Virus record (IMG/VR): IMGVR_UViG_3300047323_000678
DNA length: 64,000 nt
Direction: 5' to 3' (one strand)
DNA from: a virus
Taxonomy: Duplodnaviria; Heunggongvirae; Uroviricota; Caudoviricetes
Part shown: piece by piece, positions 1 to 9,102 of the stretch
Numbering within the stretch: the first letter of the stretch is position 1
Layout: every line of letters starts with the position of its first letter
Notes under the pieces: model-generated
What the model was told of the DNA's origin: nothing
What the model saw: only the letters and a program-made list of their open reading frames with translations
Databases searched by the model: none
Made by a program: the position numbers and the translations under genes

Positions 1-319
1 GAGAAGCAATTTTTACTGCCATCTGTTCGCCATTAGCTGTTGTTTTACCAAATTCTTGTAAAAGATAAGCATATGCACCATAAGAAGTGATGACCATTAA
101 AAATAATGTAGTTGGCACAAGGAATAATTTAAAAGAGAAATTAAGCTCTTTCCAATTTTTATATAAGACAGAGGCAGTAATAACTTTTGAGAAGTCTAAT
201 GAAATAGCAAGAATAATTAATACAAGGCTTGATTTGGAAGACAAACCTACAACTGACATAAAACTTCCTAAAACTTCTAATACTATTGCTGCAATAAATA
301 CTAATCCCGTTAATAACAT
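1..319 (-). CDS. Partial (window-truncated) hydrophobic membrane protein; the minus-strand reading MLLTGLVFIAAIVLEVLGSFMSVVGL... runs off the window start
   Basis: Minus-strand translation is a continuous open frame with ATG at 319..317 and several hydrophobic helices. The listed + ORF 87..338 is its antisense and looks non-coding. Confidence 0.35.
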   Translation of the reverse strand, partial: MLLTGLVFIAAIVLEVLGSFMSVVGLSSKSSLVLIILAISLDFSKVITASVLYKNWKELNFSFKLFLVPTTLFLMVITSYGAYAYLLQEFGKTTANGEQMAVKIAS

Positions 320-511
320 GTTAATTTTCCATAAATAGTTTAGAATGATAGCACAAACTATTATTTTTAGTCAATTTTGTCAAATTTTTTAAGATAAAAA
401 TACACAAATAAAAATATAAATATTATTGGAGATTTTTAACAATAATAAAACCACTTTACTAAAATATTAAACAGGTTTAAAATGATGGTTTTAAAACCTA
501 ATTAAACTAAC

Positions 512-2101
512 ATGAAAATTTCTCGTTATACAACTTTTGCTATTTGTGCTCTACTTTCAGTAGCTACCATTGCTTGTGCTGCCATGAACATGATTAGCCC
601 TTTGTGGACAATTGCTCCAACCATTTTATTTATGCTTGGGGTTTATGATAAAATTCAAACTAAACATAGTATTTTAAGGAATTACCCAATTTTAGGTCAT
701 TTGCGTTACCTTTTTGAAGAGGTTCGTCCAGAAATTCGTCAATATCTTGTTGAAAGTGATAAGGATGAAGAACCATTTTCTCGTGCTCAGCGTAGTGTAG
801 TTTATCAACGCTCTAAAGGTGAAACTGATGTTCAACCTTTTGGCACTAAAATCAATGTAACTCTTCCCTCTCATGAATGGGTTAATCATTCTGTAGCTCC
901 AACTAAAATTCAATCATCTGATTTTCGTATTACTCTTGGTGCGGATCGTAAACAGCCTTACTCGATGTCTGTTTTGAATATTTCCGCTATGAGTTTTGGT
1001 GCTTTGTCGGGAAATGCTGTAGAAGCATTAAATTTAGGTGCAAAACTAGGTAATTTTGCACAAGATACAGGTGAAGGTTCTGTATCTCCATACCATCGTA
1101 AACATGGCGGTGCCTTGATTGCACAACTTGCATCAGGTCTGTTCGGATGCCGTAATCCTGATGGCTCCTTTAATGTTGAAGCATTTAAAAAAATTGCAAA
1201 TGATCCTCAAATTAAAGCAATTGAGATTAAACTATCTCAAGGTGCAAAACCTGGTCATGGTGGTGTGTTGCCTGCTGCAAAAATCACTCCTGAAATTGCA
1301 GCAACTCGCGGTGTTCCAATGGGTGTTGATTGTGTCTCTCCTGCTGCTCACCCTGGTTTTTCAACTCCTTTGGAGCTAGTTCACTTCATTCAAAAACTTC
1401 GTGATTTGAGTGGTGATAAACCTGTTGGTTTTAAATTTTGTGTTGGTCATCCTTGGGAATTCTTTGGTATTTGCAAAGCAATGATGGAAACCAATATTTA
1501 TCCCGACTTTATTGTAATTGATGGGGCAGAGGGTGGCACTGGGGCTGCTCCTGTTGAATTTACTGACCATGTTGGCTCACCATTGCAAGAAGGGTTGGTA
1601 TTTGTTCACAATACTCTTGTTGGCTTGGGTATCCGCGACAAGATTAAAATTGGTGCAAGTGGCAAAATCATCACTTCATTTGATATGGCTCGTGCTTTTG
1701 CATTAGGTGCTGATTGGGTTAATTCTGCTCGTGGATTTATGTTTAGCTTGGGCTGTATTCAAGGTCTTGCTTGTAATACAGGTAATTGCCCAACTGGTAT
1801 TGCTACTCAGGATAAAGAACGCCAAAAAGCATTAGTGGTTCCAGAAAAAGCAGAACGAGTAAAGAATTTTCACCATAATACTTTGCATGCTTTGCAAGAA
1901 TTGCTGCAAGCAGCAGGATTAAATCATCCTTCAGAGTTGAAAGCTCATCATATTATGAAGCGTGTTTCTTCCACTCAAACAGTTCCACTTTCAAACCTAT
2001 TGAACTTAGTAGGGGAAGGTGAACTGCTAAAAGGTGAATACAAATACGATGTTTATAAAACTTGGTGGGAAAAAGCTAAGTCAACCTCATTTAATGTGTA
2101 A
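512..2101 (+). CDS. FMN-binding glutamate synthase family protein (GltB FMN-domain-like) with N-terminal TM segments
   Basis: 529 aa. Conserved Glu_synthase FMN-domain signatures (GADRKQPYSMSV..., IKLSQGAKPGHGGVLP, VIDGAEGGTGAAP, GKIITSFDMARAFALGADWVNSARGF). Higher GC than its neighbours. Followed by terminator 2109..2134. Confidence 0.85.
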   Translation: MKISRYTTFAICALLSVATIACAAMNMISPLWTIAPTILFMLGVYDKIQTKHSILRNYPILGHLRYLFEEVRPEIRQYLVESDKDEEPFSRAQRSVVYQRSKGETDVQPFGTKINVTLPSHEWVNHSVAPTKIQSSDFRITLGADRKQPYSMSVLNISAMSFGALSGNAVEALNLGAKLGNFAQDTGEGSVSPYHRKHGGALIAQLASGLFGCRNPDGSFNVEAFKKIANDPQIKAIEIKLSQGAKPGHGGVLPAAKITPEIAATRGVPMGVDCVSPAAHPGFSTPLELVHFIQKLRDLSGDKPVGFKFCVGHPWEFFGICKAMMETNIYPDFIVIDGAEGGTGAAPVEFTDHVGSPLQEGLVFVHNTLVGLGIRDKIKIGASGKIITSFDMARAFALGADWVNSARGFMFSLGCIQGLACNTGNCPTGIATQDKERQKALVVPEKAERVKNFHHNTLHALQELLQAAGLNHPSELKAHHIMKRVSSTQTVPLSNLLNLVGEGELLKGEYKYDVYKTWWEKAKSTSFNV

Positions 2102-2108
2102 ATTTTAA

Positions 2109-2134
2109 AGGCAGAAAAGTTCTGCCTTTTTTTA
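2109..2134 (+). terminator. Rho-independent terminator (ggcagaaaagttctgcc + T-tract)
   Basis: Perfect 7-bp GC-rich stem plus TTTTTTT immediately after the stop of 512..2101. Confidence 0.7.
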
Positions 2135-2206
2135 TTTTAAATCAGCAAAAACCTAAAAATAGGAGTATAATCACTTTATTGAAAGTTCTTTCTATATGGA
2201 GAAAAT

Positions 2207-2365
2207 ATGATTCCTATTCTTTTTATTGTTGCTGCTGTTATTATGTATTTTGGTGGGAAATCAGATGCTCGTCGTATGATACAAAAACAAATTGAAAAAG
2301 ATGGAAAATTTTCTATTGGAAAAGAAGTTTTTAATTGCACTAAAATTGATAAAATAGGTAAATAA
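2207..2365 (+). CDS. Small membrane protein (52 aa, MIPILFIVAAVIMYFGG...)
   Basis: ATG preceded by GGAG at correct spacing. Hydrophobic N-terminus. Immediately followed by hairpin terminator 2366..2388. Not in the ORF track because it is under 60 aa. Confidence 0.4.
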   Translation: MIPILFIVAAVIMYFGGKSDARRMIQKQIEKDGKFSIGKEVFNCTKIDKIGK

Positions 2366-2388
2366 AAGCTCCTTCGGGAGCTTTTTTG
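2366..2388 (+). terminator. Rho-independent terminator (agctccttcgggagc + T6)
   Basis: 6-bp stem, ttcg tetraloop, T-tract. Confidence 0.6.
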
Positions 2389-2455
2389 TTTATATATAAA
2401 TTTGAATATTTGTAAAATATTGCTAAAGTATATATGGATATTTAAAGGTTTGTAT

Positions 2456-3049
2456 ATGGAACAAAATTTATTTGATGAAATGATTTGTGCTAACAGTAAA
2501 CATAAATGCTTAATTTCAATTGATAAAATAAATGATGAAAATGTAGTGAAATTAGAATTTAATATAACAGGTTATCAAGTTTATACCAATGCTTGGATTA
2601 ATTATACATTTCCAATAGATACTATTATAAATAATTCATTATATTTAGATCACAGTCTCAAAAATGAAATAGTTGAAGCTTTAGATATATATGCTAGAAC
2701 TGAATGTTTAAGCAGACAATATCCAACCGATGATTTAGGCTTTCCGTATAATGAATGGAAAGATATAAAGGGAAATTCAATTAAAATTTTAGATCCAGGT
2801 TTTATGAATGCACCAGCTATATTATTTGGTTGTAATATTCAAAATGTTTTGATTAAAAATGGAAATAAAGTAGAAGAATATAATTTTCCAGATAATTATC
2901 AAGTAATTGGAGAAAAAATTACTTTAACACCTCAAAAAGCAAAAGAATTAAAAGAAATAATTGAAAAACAATGGGTTTTAGCACAAGTTAGAGATTTGGA
3001 AGAGAATCTACCAATACAACAAAAAAATAAAAATACTATGAAAATTTAA
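2456..3049 (+). CDS. Paralog family A protein 1 (C-terminal tail ...KNKNTMKI)
   Basis: ORF track starts at a TTG (2402). The ATG at 2456 has AAGG upstream and aligns with paralogs 3871..4464 and 4473..5063 (CLISIDKINDENVVKLEFNITGYQVY; FPxxNxxINxSLYLD; LKEIIEKQWVL). Confidence 0.6.
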   Translation: MEQNLFDEMICANSKHKCLISIDKINDENVVKLEFNITGYQVYTNAWINYTFPIDTIINNSLYLDHSLKNEIVEALDIYARTECLSRQYPTDDLGFPYNEWKDIKGNSIKILDPGFMNAPAILFGCNIQNVLIKNGNKVEEYNFPDNYQVIGEKITLTPQKAKELKEIIEKQWVLAQVRDLEENLPIQQKNKNTMKI

Positions 3050-3132
3050 AAAGCCCCACTAGGTGCTTTTTTATTAAATCGCTTAATAATCATAAACTTA
3101 TGATATAATATCTCTTTAAAATAGGAGCTATT

Positions 3133-3774
3133 ATGAAAAAGATTTTCACTGGCAGCAATCATTCCCTTTGGCAATTTGATAATCAAGATAATGGCCTTAT
3201 TGAACAAATGATACCATTTAAGTGCGAAAAAATCTTTGGTCGTACTGCTAGAAAAGAATTTGATCAATACAATATTGGTGGTTGGGATTGTGACGATGGC
3301 ATTTATGTTTTCGGTAAAGTAGCAGATGTGGAAAAAGCATTTGAAACTCTTTTCCAGTGGATGAAGAATCGCACCAATCAAGAACTTGTTGAAGATGATT
3401 TAACTGATGATGAAGGTCTTATCTATATGGGACTATTCAAATCAGAGACTCAGGACATTGCAGTAATCATTGGTGGTGGATATTATCAATCCACTGATGA
3501 AAGTCTTTTAGAGCTTCTAGAAACAGTTGAAAATGTTGAATATGGTGAATTTGGAGCTAATCATTCTGATGACAGAGATTTTTTCAATGAATTAGTTGAT
3601 ACTGTAGATTATCAGATTGAAAATAATAAAGAAACCCATCCAATGTCCTTTGCAATTCTCTCTGAAATTTTTGATTATTGGAAAAAAGAAGATATTCAAG
3701 TCAAAGAAGATCGTGTTGATTCAGGATATGAACATGTAGATAAAGCTGTAAATAAATTTAAAAAGAAAAAATAA
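3133..3774 (+). CDS. Acidic hypothetical protein (213 aa, ends ...KFKKKK)
   Basis: ATG with AGGAG upstream. Very acidic (D/E-rich) body with a KKKK C-terminus. Terminator 3779..3803 follows. Confidence 0.55.
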   Translation: MKKIFTGSNHSLWQFDNQDNGLIEQMIPFKCEKIFGRTARKEFDQYNIGGWDCDDGIYVFGKVADVEKAFETLFQWMKNRTNQELVEDDLTDDEGLIYMGLFKSETQDIAVIIGGGYYQSTDESLLELLETVENVEYGEFGANHSDDRDFFNELVDTVDYQIENNKETHPMSFAILSEIFDYWKKEDIQVKEDRVDSGYEHVDKAVNKFKKKK

Positions 3775-3780
3775 CAAGAA

Positions 3781-3803
3781 GCCCCACCTGGGGCTTTTTT
3801 TAT
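3781..3803 (+). terminator. Rho-independent terminator (gccccacctggggc + T7)
   Basis: GC stem plus T-tract after the stop at 3774. Confidence 0.7.
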
Positions 3804-3870
3804 TACTAATAAAATGGAATTAATAATAGAATATGCTAGAATAAATAAATAATCTTCTAAATATATAATT

Positions 3871-4464
3871 ATGCAAGACTCAAATATTGAACAATTTCAA
3901 TCATATCCATCCCATTCTTGTTTCATTTCAGTTGAAAGAATTAATGGTGAAAAAATATTAAAAATTGATTTTTCTGTTAAAGATTATCATATATTAAATG
4001 GAGTTCAAAATCATAAATTTCCTGATAATGTTGTAGTCAATGATAAAATTTATTTAGATGAAAAATTAAAAGATAAAATTATTAAGGATTTAGATATATT
4101 TATTAAAACAGAAAATTTAAATATTGGCTATAAAACAAATCCTTATGGATTTCTTTATAATGAATTTGTAGATTTCAAAGGCAATATAATTTTAATTGAA
4201 GATGCAGCAATAATAAATGAGCCATGTATTTGGTTAGGTTGTAAATCAAAAGATGTTTTTATTGACAATGGTAATAGCATAGAAAAATATAATTTCCAAG
4301 CTTACCAAGGTAATGTAATTATTAAAAATAAAATTAGATTAAGTCCTGAAGAAGCTCAAAATTTAAAAGAAATTATGCAAAAACAATGGATTATGTACGA
4401 TGTTAATGAATTAAAAGAATCTTTACCAATAAATAGCAAGAATACAAACAAATTAAAAATTTAG
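3871..4464 (+). CDS. Paralog family A protein 2 (ends ...NTNKLKI)
   Basis: 197 aa. Shares CFISVERINGEKILKIDFSVKDYHIL, FPDNVVVNDKIYLDEKLKDKII, YNEFVDFKGN and LKEIMQKQWIM with the 2456 and 4473 genes. Confidence 0.65.
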   Translation: MQDSNIEQFQSYPSHSCFISVERINGEKILKIDFSVKDYHILNGVQNHKFPDNVVVNDKIYLDEKLKDKIIKDLDIFIKTENLNIGYKTNPYGFLYNEFVDFKGNIILIEDAAIINEPCIWLGCKSKDVFIDNGNSIEKYNFQAYQGNVIIKNKIRLSPEEAQNLKEIMQKQWIMYDVNELKESLPINSKNTNKLKI

Positions 4465-4472
4465 GAGAAGCA

Positions 4473-5063
4473 ATGGCAAAAGCAAAGATTAATAAGATCA
4501 CATGCTGTTATGGACATCCATGTTTTATTTCTATTGATAACATAGATGGTAAAGATGTATTGAAATTAGATTTTAATATAAAAACCTATAAAATTTTAAA
4601 ACAAGGTTGGAAAGAACTTCCATTCCCAGAGAATATCGTTATTAATGATAAGCTTTATCTTGATGAGAAAATGAAAGACCAATTAATTAATGCTTTAGAT
4701 GTGTTTATTAAAACGACTTATTTAAGTACTATTTATCCAAAAACTGAAAGAGGTTTTTCTTATAATGAATGGACAGATGTAAAAGGAAATAAAATTCATA
4801 TTCAGGACTCTTCTGCTGCAACAGATGCATATATTTGGTTTGGAGGTGTTGTAGAAGATGTTTTTATCCAAACTGAGAACGGCTTGGAAAAATATAAATT
4901 TCCTGAAGGTGATTTGTTGATTGAAGACAGAATGCACTTGAATATTAGTAAAGTAAAAAAACTAAAAGAAATCATTCAAAAGCAATGGATTATGAATGAA
5001 GTAAAAAATCTAGATTTAGCATTGCCTGTTAATTCTAAATCTAAAAAAACAAATAAGATCTAA
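4473..5063 (+). CDS. Paralog family A protein 3 (ends ...KKTNKI)
   Basis: 196 aa. GGAG SD. Same motif set as 3871..4464. Only 8 nt downstream of the previous paralog, so likely an operon. Confidence 0.65.
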   Translation: MAKAKINKITCCYGHPCFISIDNIDGKDVLKLDFNIKTYKILKQGWKELPFPENIVINDKLYLDEKMKDQLINALDVFIKTTYLSTIYPKTERGFSYNEWTDVKGNKIHIQDSSAATDAYIWFGGVVEDVFIQTENGLEKYKFPEGDLLIEDRMHLNISKVKKLKEIIQKQWIMNEVKNLDLALPVNSKSKKTNKI

Positions 5064-5149
5064 TAAAAAACAGTTCAAAAAGAGTATTTTGTGATAAAAT
5101 ACTCTCGTTTCTATAAAACTTCCGATTAATATTTAAAAAGGATAAAACT

Positions 5150-5761
5150 ATGGGTGTCTCTCTACAAAAAGGTCAATCTGTTTCACTGGAAAAAAAGAAT
5201 AACAAGTATTCCAATATTTCTATTAATCTAAAATGGAACCAGGGTGAACCTGCTAAATCGAAAGGATTTTTAGGGAAATTGTTTGGTAGTGATACGGCTC
5301 CAAAAAGTGTTGATTTGGATGTTGGTTGTCTGTATGAGATGAAAGATGGAAGCAAGAGTGCTGTTCAGGCACTTGGTAATGCTTTCGGTAATCTTCATGC
5401 TGCTCCTTATATTCAACTGGCAAATGATGATCGCACAGGGTCAAATAAAGAAGGAGAGTTCCTAACCATTAATGGTGAACATTGGGATAAGATTAAGCGT
5501 GTTCTCGTTTATGCTTTCATTTATGAAGGTGTTCCTAATTGGGCACAAGTTGATGGTATTGTCCACCTGAAAAGTGATGTTTCGGAAATCGACATTGCAA
5601 TGGACAATCCTGTAAATGGACAAAATATGTGCGCTATTGCACTTATTGAGAATGTAAATGGTGAAATGAAAGTGACTAAACTAAATGAGTATTTCCAAGG
5701 TCATGAGAAAATGGATCGTGCATATTCTTGGAATATGAATTGGAAAAGTGGTCATAAATAA
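5150..5761 (+). CDS. TerD-family stress/tellurite-resistance-like protein
   Basis: 203 aa. N-terminus MGVSLQKGQSVSLEKK... and length typical of the TerD family. AAAGGA SD. Terminator 5785..5810. Confidence 0.8.
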   Translation: MGVSLQKGQSVSLEKKNNKYSNISINLKWNQGEPAKSKGFLGKLFGSDTAPKSVDLDVGCLYEMKDGSKSAVQALGNAFGNLHAAPYIQLANDDRTGSNKEGEFLTINGEHWDKIKRVLVYAFIYEGVPNWAQVDGIVHLKSDVSEIDIAMDNPVNGQNMCAIALIENVNGEMKVTKLNEYFQGHEKMDRAYSWNMNWKSGHK

Positions 5762-5784
5762 AAAATTATGAAATAATACAAAAA

Positions 5785-5810
5785 AGGCAGATTGATTTCT
5801 GCCTTTTTTA
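5785..5810 (+). terminator. Rho-independent terminator (ggcagattgatttctgcc + T6)
   Basis: Hairpin plus T-tract after the TerD stop. Confidence 0.65.
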
Positions 5811-5820
5811 TTTCGGATAA

Positions 5821-6045
5821 TTAATAATCACACTTATCAAAATTTGCTCGTTCTACAGCACTTTCAACAATCATTTTAATATCTACATCAGGGAAATTTT
5901 TTACTATCAGATTAGTAAGTTTATCTACATAAGATTTATGGATATTTTTAGATTTATTACTTCTTAAATCAGTTAATTTAGACATTTGGAATTGATAAGT
6001 TGCATTATAAAGCAAATCAATTAACTCTTTTTTAATATTATCCAT
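5821..6045 (-). CDS. Small hypothetical protein (74 aa), paralog of 6075..6341
   Basis: Shares the FPD(V/I)DI(K/E)xI(V/M)xxA(V/I)xRAN motif with its upstream neighbour. Confidence 0.45.
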   Translation of the reverse strand: MDNIKKELIDLLYNATYQFQMSKLTDLRSNKSKNIHKSYVDKLTNLIVKNFPDVDIKMIVESAVERANFDKCDY

Positions 6046-6074
6046 TATTATCTTTTCTATAGTGAGTGAATCAT

Positions 6075-6341
6075 TTAAGCAGCTAATTTATAATCTTGGT
6101 TAACAACTTCACCATTGATTTCACTATTAGCTCTAATTATGGCATCAACCATAATTTTTTCTATATCTATATCTGGAAAGTATTTAGTTAGTAAAACAAC
6201 ATATGCATCACTCTCCCCCTCAAGTAACAACATATATTTTTTATCTTGATCATCTAATTTATCTTTAAGTTCAATAAGACGACTTTCATAAAAAGTTGAA
6301 GATAATCCTTTAACTAATGTGTCTTTAATATTTTCTAGCAC
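6075..6341 (-). CDS. Small hypothetical protein (88 aa), GTG start with strong AGGAG SD
   Basis: Minus-strand GTG at 6341 is preceded by AGGAG at 5-nt spacing. Paralogous to 5821..6045. Confidence 0.45.
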   Translation of the reverse strand: MLENIKDTLVKGLSSTFYESRLIELKDKLDDQDKKYMLLLEGESDAYVVLLTKYFPDIDIEKIMVDAIIRANSEINGEVVNQDYKLAA

Positions 6342-6507
6342 AGCTTCTCCTAATGGTTAAGGTTTATTTTTGGTGTAATCTACAGAAATTATAGATAAAG
6401 TAAATAGTTTAAAACATTTTTAAGAAAAAAATTATTTGATATAAACTGTAAATTTTACTTTTGTTTTAATTTTGGCATAATTTATATAATAAATTGGAAA
6501 AACAAAT

Positions 6508-8181
6508 ATGATTTACGAAGAATATATATCAAATTCTTATAATAAAATAAAAGCTTTAAAGCATGAAAACGAAATAATTAATCAACTTCATAATCTAAAA
6601 GAAGATGTTTCAGTTAATTATCCAGAAAAAAAATTTTTTGATGATTTACTAGTTATGTCCATGCAAAAAAATAATTTATCTTTAGCTAAACAATGCATAG
6701 AATTAGGAGCAAATCCTGAAGTAGAAAATGGTATTCTTTTAAAAAGAACAATTAAGGGATTAAGTTTTGAAAAAGTAAGAGTTTTAACTACTACTAATAA
6801 TGTAGATTTAAGCAACTATTATGATCTTCAGTCAGACATGATGCCAACCAAAAAGAATGAAACTGACTATAAAAATTATCCTTGGAAAAAAGCACAAAAA
6901 AGACAGAGTGAAAAAAATATAATCAATCTTCCTGAAAAGGTTAAGGGCAGAACATTAAAAGAAAAAAATCCTATTATGTTAGCTGCTATTGAAAAAGGAG
7001 AATTAGATATAGTTGTTAAGTTAAAGTCTGAAGGTGTAAATATACATGCAGATAATGACTATTATTTACAATTTGCAGCTAAGCATAATAATTCTGAAAT
7101 CGTTGAATATTTTTTAAAAGAAGGTTGTGATCCTTCATTACATAATGGACAAGCACTTGTTTATGCATTCTCAAAATGTAATTTTAGTTTATTTAAAAAA
7201 TTAGTTGTGCATGGTGGGTTAAAGAATAAAACTTTAGAAGAAGCATTTAAGAAAGAATTAAAATACCATAGTGATATATTGGATAATGAAATTATTCAAG
7301 AACATAAAAATATTGAATTTAATAACTTTTTATACGATTTACAGTTTAATTATTTAACGAACAATAATAGAAAAATAAAAGTTGAAGAGAAGCCTGTTAA
7401 CAATACATTTGAAATAGAAGATACAGAACAGAAAGCTGTAGCTTCACCATTTGGTTTATTGATGACACAACCAATGAGCTTACATACCGATAAGAGAAAA
7501 AGAAAATCAAATGAAAAGGTGGTTAAGCCTAAGGAACAAATTATATCTCCATTTGATAAAGTAAAGACTATTCAAGATACCAAGATTCCAAGTATTGATA
7601 TAGATATTCAATTTAAAGAAGAAATTAAACCTGTTAAAGAAGCCGAATCAAAAAAAGTTGAAGGAAAAGAATTAATTAATTTTGAGGGTAAAACAATTAC
7701 TAAAAAAGAATTACAAAAAAGTTGGGATGAGGGATTAATCTTATCTTTTGCTAAATGTGAAAGTTTAAATATGAAGAAGCTTACTGCTCAATTTTTAAAG
7801 AATCATGAAATTAATTTTCAATTATTAAACGAAAATAATATTACTTTAAAGAGAATGCCTGCACAAATAATGAAACATCAATGGGATATGACTCCGCATA
7901 GATTTATTTGTCAGCATTTACCACAATTAAGTGAACTTTTATTCAAACAGAAAATGTCAGATATTCCAAATAATGTAGATTTCTATATCCAAAAAATAAA
8001 AGAATTAAAAATAAATACTATTATAGACGGTGTGGATAATAAATCTTCTGTTATAAAAGAGAAAAGGGAATTAAGATATACAAGTGACTTATATACAAAA
8101 ACTCTTGTAGAAAAAGAAATAAATCATCAATCAATAGAAAATATAACCCGTAATAACTCTTGGAATAAAGTTAAACGATAA
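6508..8181 (+). CDS. Ankyrin-repeat protein (557 aa, ends ...WNKVKR)
   Basis: Consecutive ANK-like repeats (NPIMLAAIEKGELDIVVKLKSEGVNIHADNDYYLQFAAKHNNSEIVEYFLKEGCDPSLHNGQALVYAF). Lys-rich C-terminal half. Confidence 0.7.
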   Translation: MIYEEYISNSYNKIKALKHENEIINQLHNLKEDVSVNYPEKKFFDDLLVMSMQKNNLSLAKQCIELGANPEVENGILLKRTIKGLSFEKVRVLTTTNNVDLSNYYDLQSDMMPTKKNETDYKNYPWKKAQKRQSEKNIINLPEKVKGRTLKEKNPIMLAAIEKGELDIVVKLKSEGVNIHADNDYYLQFAAKHNNSEIVEYFLKEGCDPSLHNGQALVYAFSKCNFSLFKKLVVHGGLKNKTLEEAFKKELKYHSDILDNEIIQEHKNIEFNNFLYDLQFNYLTNNNRKIKVEEKPVNNTFEIEDTEQKAVASPFGLLMTQPMSLHTDKRKRKSNEKVVKPKEQIISPFDKVKTIQDTKIPSIDIDIQFKEEIKPVKEAESKKVEGKELINFEGKTITKKELQKSWDEGLILSFAKCESLNMKKLTAQFLKNHEINFQLLNENNITLKRMPAQIMKHQWDMTPHRFICQHLPQLSELLFKQKMSDIPNNVDFYIQKIKELKINTIIDGVDNKSSVIKEKRELRYTSDLYTKTLVEKEINHQSIENITRNNSWNKVKR

Positions 8182-8212
8182 AAAAGAAAGACATCATAAT
8201 TGATGTCTTTTT
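8181..8212. terminator. Bidirectional terminator between convergent genes (aaaaagaaagacatcataattgatgtcttttt)
   Basis: 7-bp stem gacatca/tgatgtc flanked by an A-tract on the 5' side and a T-tract on the 3' side. Sits between the + gene ending at 8181 and the - gene ending at 8215. Confidence 0.6.
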
Positions 8213-8214
8213 AT

Positions 8215-9030
8215 TTATTTATTTTTAGGTAATAATGAATAATTGGTTTTTCCAAAAGGTTCAAAATCAACTCCTAATGGTTGGAGAATCTGTATTTTCT
8301 CAGTTGGATATGGCGCATTTGAAATTACCTGAGTTTGTGCAATAATATTAGCCATAGTTAAATGTTTATTAAAAACTGCACCGGTATCAATAGCAACTAC
8401 ATTACCATATTGTTTAATCTTTTCTTGAACGGTATGGCCAACATAAACTCTTCCAATACCTGGAATTCTTTCATTAATATTGTTATTAAGTCTTCTTCTA
8501 CCCCATAGTGCTTCTTGAATCACATGGTCTTCATCATTTTCCACGGCATCTTTAAATTGATCCCAACTTAAATCAGTATCAATATCTGCATGAACAAGAC
8601 CTACAGTGCCTCTAACAGTTTCTATTTCAATTACTAGAGGTAGTTTTTTTAATGCGTGTAATATAGCTTTTCTATTACTATCATTGGTATAAAGCCACCA
8701 AGTAAGACCAATTTGTTGACCAATATATGCAAGTCTTTCTTCTGAAGGTTCGCCATGTTCATATAAGCTTAATAAAATATCTTCATGATTTCCACGAACA
8801 GCATGAATAAAAGGTTTAGATAAGAATTCTGCCACATGGTCAGAATAAACTCCTCTATCAATTAAATCTCCAACACAAAATAGTCTATCTTTTCTTTCAT
8901 CAAACTTAGCTTTGGATAATGCTTCATAGACTAAATCATAGCGTCCATGAACATCACCAATGACATAATCTTTACCATTTTGATTTACTGCGAAATATTG
9001 AATTCTGTGTGTATAAAACTTTGCTGACAT
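8215..9030 (-). CDS. Serine/threonine protein phosphatase (PPP-family metallophosphoesterase, PrpA/ApaH-like)
   Basis: GDVHGRYD...GDLIDRG...RGNHE motifs, which are the hallmark metal-binding motifs of the calcineurin-like phosphoesterase family. 271 aa. Confidence 0.8.
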   Translation of the reverse strand: MSAKFYTHRIQYFAVNQNGKDYVIGDVHGRYDLVYEALSKAKFDERKDRLFCVGDLIDRGVYSDHVAEFLSKPFIHAVRGNHEDILLSLYEHGEPSEERLAYIGQQIGLTWWLYTNDSNRKAILHALKKLPLVIEIETVRGTVGLVHADIDTDLSWDQFKDAVENDEDHVIQEALWGRRRLNNNINERIPGIGRVYVGHTVQEKIKQYGNVVAIDTGAVFNKHLTMANIIAQTQVISNAPYPTEKIQILQPLGVDFEPFGKTNYSLLPKNK

Positions 9031-9102
9031 GATACTCTTTTGATTTAATATTTCAATTATATATAATTATATGAATAAATCAAAGATTAAAAGAAAATAA
9101 AT

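Noticed and set aside
87-338. Plus-strand ORF 87..338 (83 aa) from the ORF track
   Set aside because: It is antisense to a much more convincing hydrophobic minus-strand reading frame that runs off the window edge. It has no SD and a low-complexity composition.
692-1706. Several 60-90-aa ORFs inside or antisense to the glutamate-synthase-like gene (692..913-, 1119..1379+, 1376..1570-, 1518..1706+)
   Set aside because: They are nested in a well-supported 529-aa conserved CDS and are out-of-frame or antisense artefacts.
3046-3381. Minus-strand ORF overlapping the start of 3133..3774
   Set aside because: No SD, and it overlaps two supported plus-strand genes and a terminator. This is a typical AT-rich spurious ORF. 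The same applies to 4722..4937-, 5173..5444-, 6618..6815-, 12829..13271-, 15457..15791-, 19474..19725-, 20400..21341+, 21976..22337, 24136..24330-, 25093..25350-, 26413..26601-, 29036..29503+, 31300..31491-, 31811..32356-, 32601..32897+, 34526..34741-, 35457..35642-, 42527..42736-, 45513..45713+, 53771..54040-, 54935..55153+, 56848..57180+, 60635..60868- and 61140..61457-.
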